The notes beneath the pieces are model-generated. The model did no database searches and was not told where the DNA came from. It worked only from the letters and a program-made list of their open reading frames with translations. From positions 37,565 to 101,564 of the IMG/VR virus record IMGVR_UViG_3300028384_001071: 64,000 nucleotides of DNA; one strand, 5' to 3'. The DNA is from a virus. Position numbers and translations under genes: made by a program. Below, piece after piece: positions 61,481 through 64,000 of this stretch (its first letter is position 1; each line of letters starts with the position of its first letter).

Positions 61481-62326
61481 ATCGACTTCAAAGTTCGAAT
61501 CTTGGCAGATTCAACCAATCGGATTAATCGCCGAGTAACCACAGTAGAACTCACGTACCCTCGTAAGGTACATGCAGAGTTCATGACCCATAGGATGTTC
61601 GCAAGAAACACGGCATCGAGCCGAGCGATCCCTATTGGTAAGATGCGTCGTCGCATTCGGGAAAGCCCTGTGATCCCCATCAAGTGGGGTAAGAATCAGA
61701 AGGGAATGCAAGGTGGCGACGAACTCGTAGGCTGGCGGCGATGGGCTGCTCAGAAGGTAGTTCAAACCGGCCTGTACTGCGGTCTGGCCCAATCATGGGC
61801 ATTGGACAAGCTCGGATGTCACAAGCAGATCGCCAACCGTTACACTGAGCCGTGGATGTGGATCACCGCAATCGCGACAGGTAACGGGACGGCATTCGAG
61901 AACTTCTTCAAGCTACGATGTCACCCTGATGCCGAGCCGCATATCGCTAAGATCGCATACATGCTGCGTGACGAGTATGATGCGAGCACTCCAAACCCAC
62001 TAGCGTGGGGCGAGTGGCATCTACCCTTAACAGGGTTTGAGGGTGACGAACTACTGACACAATCAGATCTGGTGAAGGTATGCGTAGGACGCTGTGCCCG
62101 GATCAGTTACCTGACACACGACGGTCGTCGTGATGTCAGCAAAGACATTGGCCTTCATGACCGATTGGTCAAGAGTGGTCATTGGAGTCCGTTTGAGCAT
62201 GCCGCTCAGGCGATGGAAATATCCACCACTGGAGGTTGCCTTGGTCCAACTTGGCACATGTATCGAAAGGAATTCAAACATGAAGTCTGCAAGGAAGCAC
62301 CTCGCGTGGTGGGAACAGGAAGCTAG
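61481..62326 (+). CDS. thyX: FAD-dependent thymidylate synthase, apparent ATC start
   Basis: HAEFMTHRMFARNTASSRAIP, HKQIANR, LRCHPDAEP, RCARISY, HWSPFEH; AAGGA 5 nt before ATC 61481. Confidence 0.9.
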   Translation: MDFKVRILADSTNRINRRVTTVELTYPRKVHAEFMTHRMFARNTASSRAIPIGKMRRRIRESPVIPIKWGKNQKGMQGGDELVGWRRWAAQKVVQTGLYCGLAQSWALDKLGCHKQIANRYTEPWMWITAIATGNGTAFENFFKLRCHPDAEPHIAKIAYMLRDEYDASTPNPLAWGEWHLPLTGFEGDELLTQSDLVKVCVGRCARISYLTHDGRRDVSKDIGLHDRLVKSGHWSPFEHAAQAMEISTTGGCLGPTWHMYRKEFKHEVCKEAPRVVGTGS

Positions 62327-62385
62327 GTTCGATGTAGAGCCTACACAAGAACAACTCGACCGGTTCGAATGGGGAGAGGTGGAAG

Positions 62386-62574
62386 ATGATCTTAGATCAG
62401 AGGGGCGACAAGATTCATGCGGTGAGGGGCAAGTTCTCGGTCCACATCGCAACGATCATGGACAACGGGATTCGATTGCAACAAGTCGATCCGACGATGG
62501 CAGCCGTGATTGGCCTTGAATTAGACGAGCGAGGGTTCCCGCTCGTTGAACTGACTCACCCAGAGTCGGTATGA
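62386..62574 (+). CDS. Hypothetical protein
   Basis: GAGGT RBS; short ORF in the operon. Confidence 0.45.
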   Translation: MILDQRGDKIHAVRGKFSVHIATIMDNGIRLQQVDPTMAAVIGLELDERGFPLVELTHPESV

Positions 62575-62654
62575 ATTCTGGACAGCCCGGTGTGGCTCGC
62601 AGTCTTAACCAGAACTGTGAGACATTGCCGGGCTATTTTCGATGGAAGACTTAC

Positions 62655-63191
62655 ATGATCTTCGTACAGACAGACGACGGAATGTTCTGCACCAATCCTA
62701 TCTTCCACGGTAAGAATTGGTACTTACGATGCACGGACGAAGGCTGCGAAGTTCGCATCAAGAAGTACGCGAACACATCACAGTCAGCAGCACGAACACG
62801 AGCCTCACGAGTGCTACGTGAACGTGGATTATCAGTCAAACTAGGAGACTATCTGGACGAGGATACCGTACCAATGCCTCCGAAGTTCGACTCGATGTTA
62901 GAAGTCGTTGGCTTCGAAGTAAGGATTCGCAAACCTACACCTAAACCTGACAAGTTCGACACGCAAGTCAATTCACCTGCACTTGAACATCCATTCTTAG
63001 CTTGGAAGATGGAGTTCTCGCGTGAAGCAATCGAGTCAATTCTCGATAAGTCTAAACGCATGAATCCCATGCTCGTAAAGTTCCTGACAGGAGACGAACT
63101 CGTGAGAGAATCCGACAGGAAGAGTTTGCAACGCAAGTTGCGAAAGATGATCCCGAACCCTCTAACCGAGAGGGTGACACTTGACAGTTGA
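62655..63191 (+). CDS. Hypothetical protein
   Basis: Basic ORF; start uncertain (62571 or 62655). Confidence 0.5.
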   Translation: MIFVQTDDGMFCTNPIFHGKNWYLRCTDEGCEVRIKKYANTSQSAARTRASRVLRERGLSVKLGDYLDEDTVPMPPKFDSMLEVVGFEVRIRKPTPKPDKFDTQVNSPALEHPFLAWKMEFSREAIESILDKSKRMNPMLVKFLTGDELVRESDRKSLQRKLRKMIPNPLTERVTLDS

Positions 63192-63387
63192 CAAGTCATT
63201 GATTTGGCAGATGCGGAATCTACCAAAGGTGGCAAAGGAAGCTGTCAATTATGAAGCTATCATCAAACGTTATCGTGAGGCATGTCGTAGAAAAGACGGA
63301 ACGGCAGGGCGTTTACACTCAAACATGACGGCGATAGTTGAAGAACACGGAGTAAGTAAACCACGGAAGAAGAAAGGCGACAAGTAA
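63181..63387 (+). CDS. Hypothetical basic protein
   Basis: GAGGG RBS with TTG start. Confidence 0.45.
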   Translation: MTVDKSLIWQMRNLPKVAKEAVNYEAIIKRYREACRRKDGTAGRLHSNMTAIVEEHGVSKPRKKKGDK

Positions 63388-63401
63388 CACGAGATGGTAC
63401 A

Positions 63402-63863
63402 TTGAGAGTACAACTGGCAGAAGGGGCGACCGCTCCGACACGAGCCCACGAGTCTGTGGGCTACGACTTCTACAATCTTGAAGATGTTACCCTTCCCGGC
63501 TTCAATGTCAATGAAGGGCCTGCAATCTCAATTGCAAACTTCAAGAAAGAAGACGCTGTCCCTGTGGTAGTAAGAACTGGATGCAATATCATCCTTCCGA
63601 ATGGTCACGTCGGACTACTACGAGATCGTAGTAGTTACGGAGTACGGGGCATCATTGTCACCGCCGGCGTCATTGACCCAGATTACCGAGGCGAAGTCCT
63701 TGTCTGTTTGGCAAACCTGAATTCATTCCCTGTGCAAATTCCAGCGGGAAGCAAGATTGCACAGATGCTGATAATGCCATGTCAGCGTGAGGAAGTTGTC
63801 ATAGTCAAGGAAGTCGGCACCACTGAACGTGGTAGCGGGGGCTTCGGAAGTACGGGAGGCTAA
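63402..63863 (+). CDS. dut: Trimeric dUTPase
   Basis: VGYDF, RSS, GVIDPDYRGE, KIAQ and RGSGGFGSTG. Confidence 0.95.
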   Translation: MRVQLAEGATAPTRAHESVGYDFYNLEDVTLPGFNVNEGPAISIANFKKEDAVPVVVRTGCNIILPNGHVGLLRDRSSYGVRGIIVTAGVIDPDYRGEVLVCLANLNSFPVQIPAGSKIAQMLIMPCQREEVVIVKEVGTTERGSGGFGSTGG

Positions 63864-63864
63864 G

Positions 63865-64000
63865 ATGCTGTGTTTGAGCAGGAAGCGTGATGAGAAGGTA
63901 ATGATCGGGGATCTTGGCTGGGTCCAAGTACTCGACATCAGGGGTGACAAAGTCCGACTAGGATTCGAGTTCCCATCTGAAGTACCAGTTCATAGGGAGG
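63865..64000 (+). CDS. csrA: Carbon storage regulator CsrA homolog (3' truncated)
   Basis: MLCLSRKRDEKVMIGD...VLDIRGDKVRLGFEFPSEVPVHRE; GGAGG RBS. Confidence 0.88.
   Translation, partial: MLCLSRKRDEKVMIGDLGWVQVLDIRGDKVRLGFEFPSEVPVHRE

Noticed and set aside
1-64000. Genome-wide stop-codon reassignment
   Set aside because: Conserved genes are full length in code 11 and end in TAA, TGA and TAG; no suppressor tRNA was seen.
1-64000. Prophage boundary or integrase
   Set aside because: No integrase, att site or host housekeeping block was seen; the whole window reads as phage.

Overview
64 kb of a tailed dsDNA (sipho-like) phage genome, probably infecting a Planctomycete. The host is inferred from a Planctomycete-type HTH regulator, plus TatA, CsrA and a secreted trypsin-like protease. 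Layout: (i) 1-22.3 kb, + strand morphogenesis genes: P22-type capsid C-terminus, tail tube, frameshifted tail chaperone, tape measure, fibre and hub. (ii) 22.4-30.7 kb, - strand nucleotide metabolism genes and a primase-helicase. (iii) 30.8-31.3 kb, a divergent control region. (iv) 31.3-64 kb, + strand replication and accessory genes: ParB x2, SSB, SNF2 helicase, PolA, NrdJ, sigma factor, ligase, ThyX, dUTPase, PhoH and others. The standout is 33.2-36.9 kb: a Ro60/TROVE gene preceded by an RNA array in which 5 tRNAs are interleaved with 8 copies of a Y-RNA-like bulged-helix module (stem-C-G-R-N...stem-GTTATC paired with stem...[C/T]AT-stem). Three copies are in normal orientation and five are circularly permuted. 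Three of the permuted copies sit inside otherwise complete tRNA bodies at the anticodon arm. A ninth motif-like hairpin covers the Ro60 RBS and start codon, suggesting autoregulation, and a consensus sigma54 promoter lies upstream of the unit. All family calls come from recognising motifs by eye; no database search or folding program was run.
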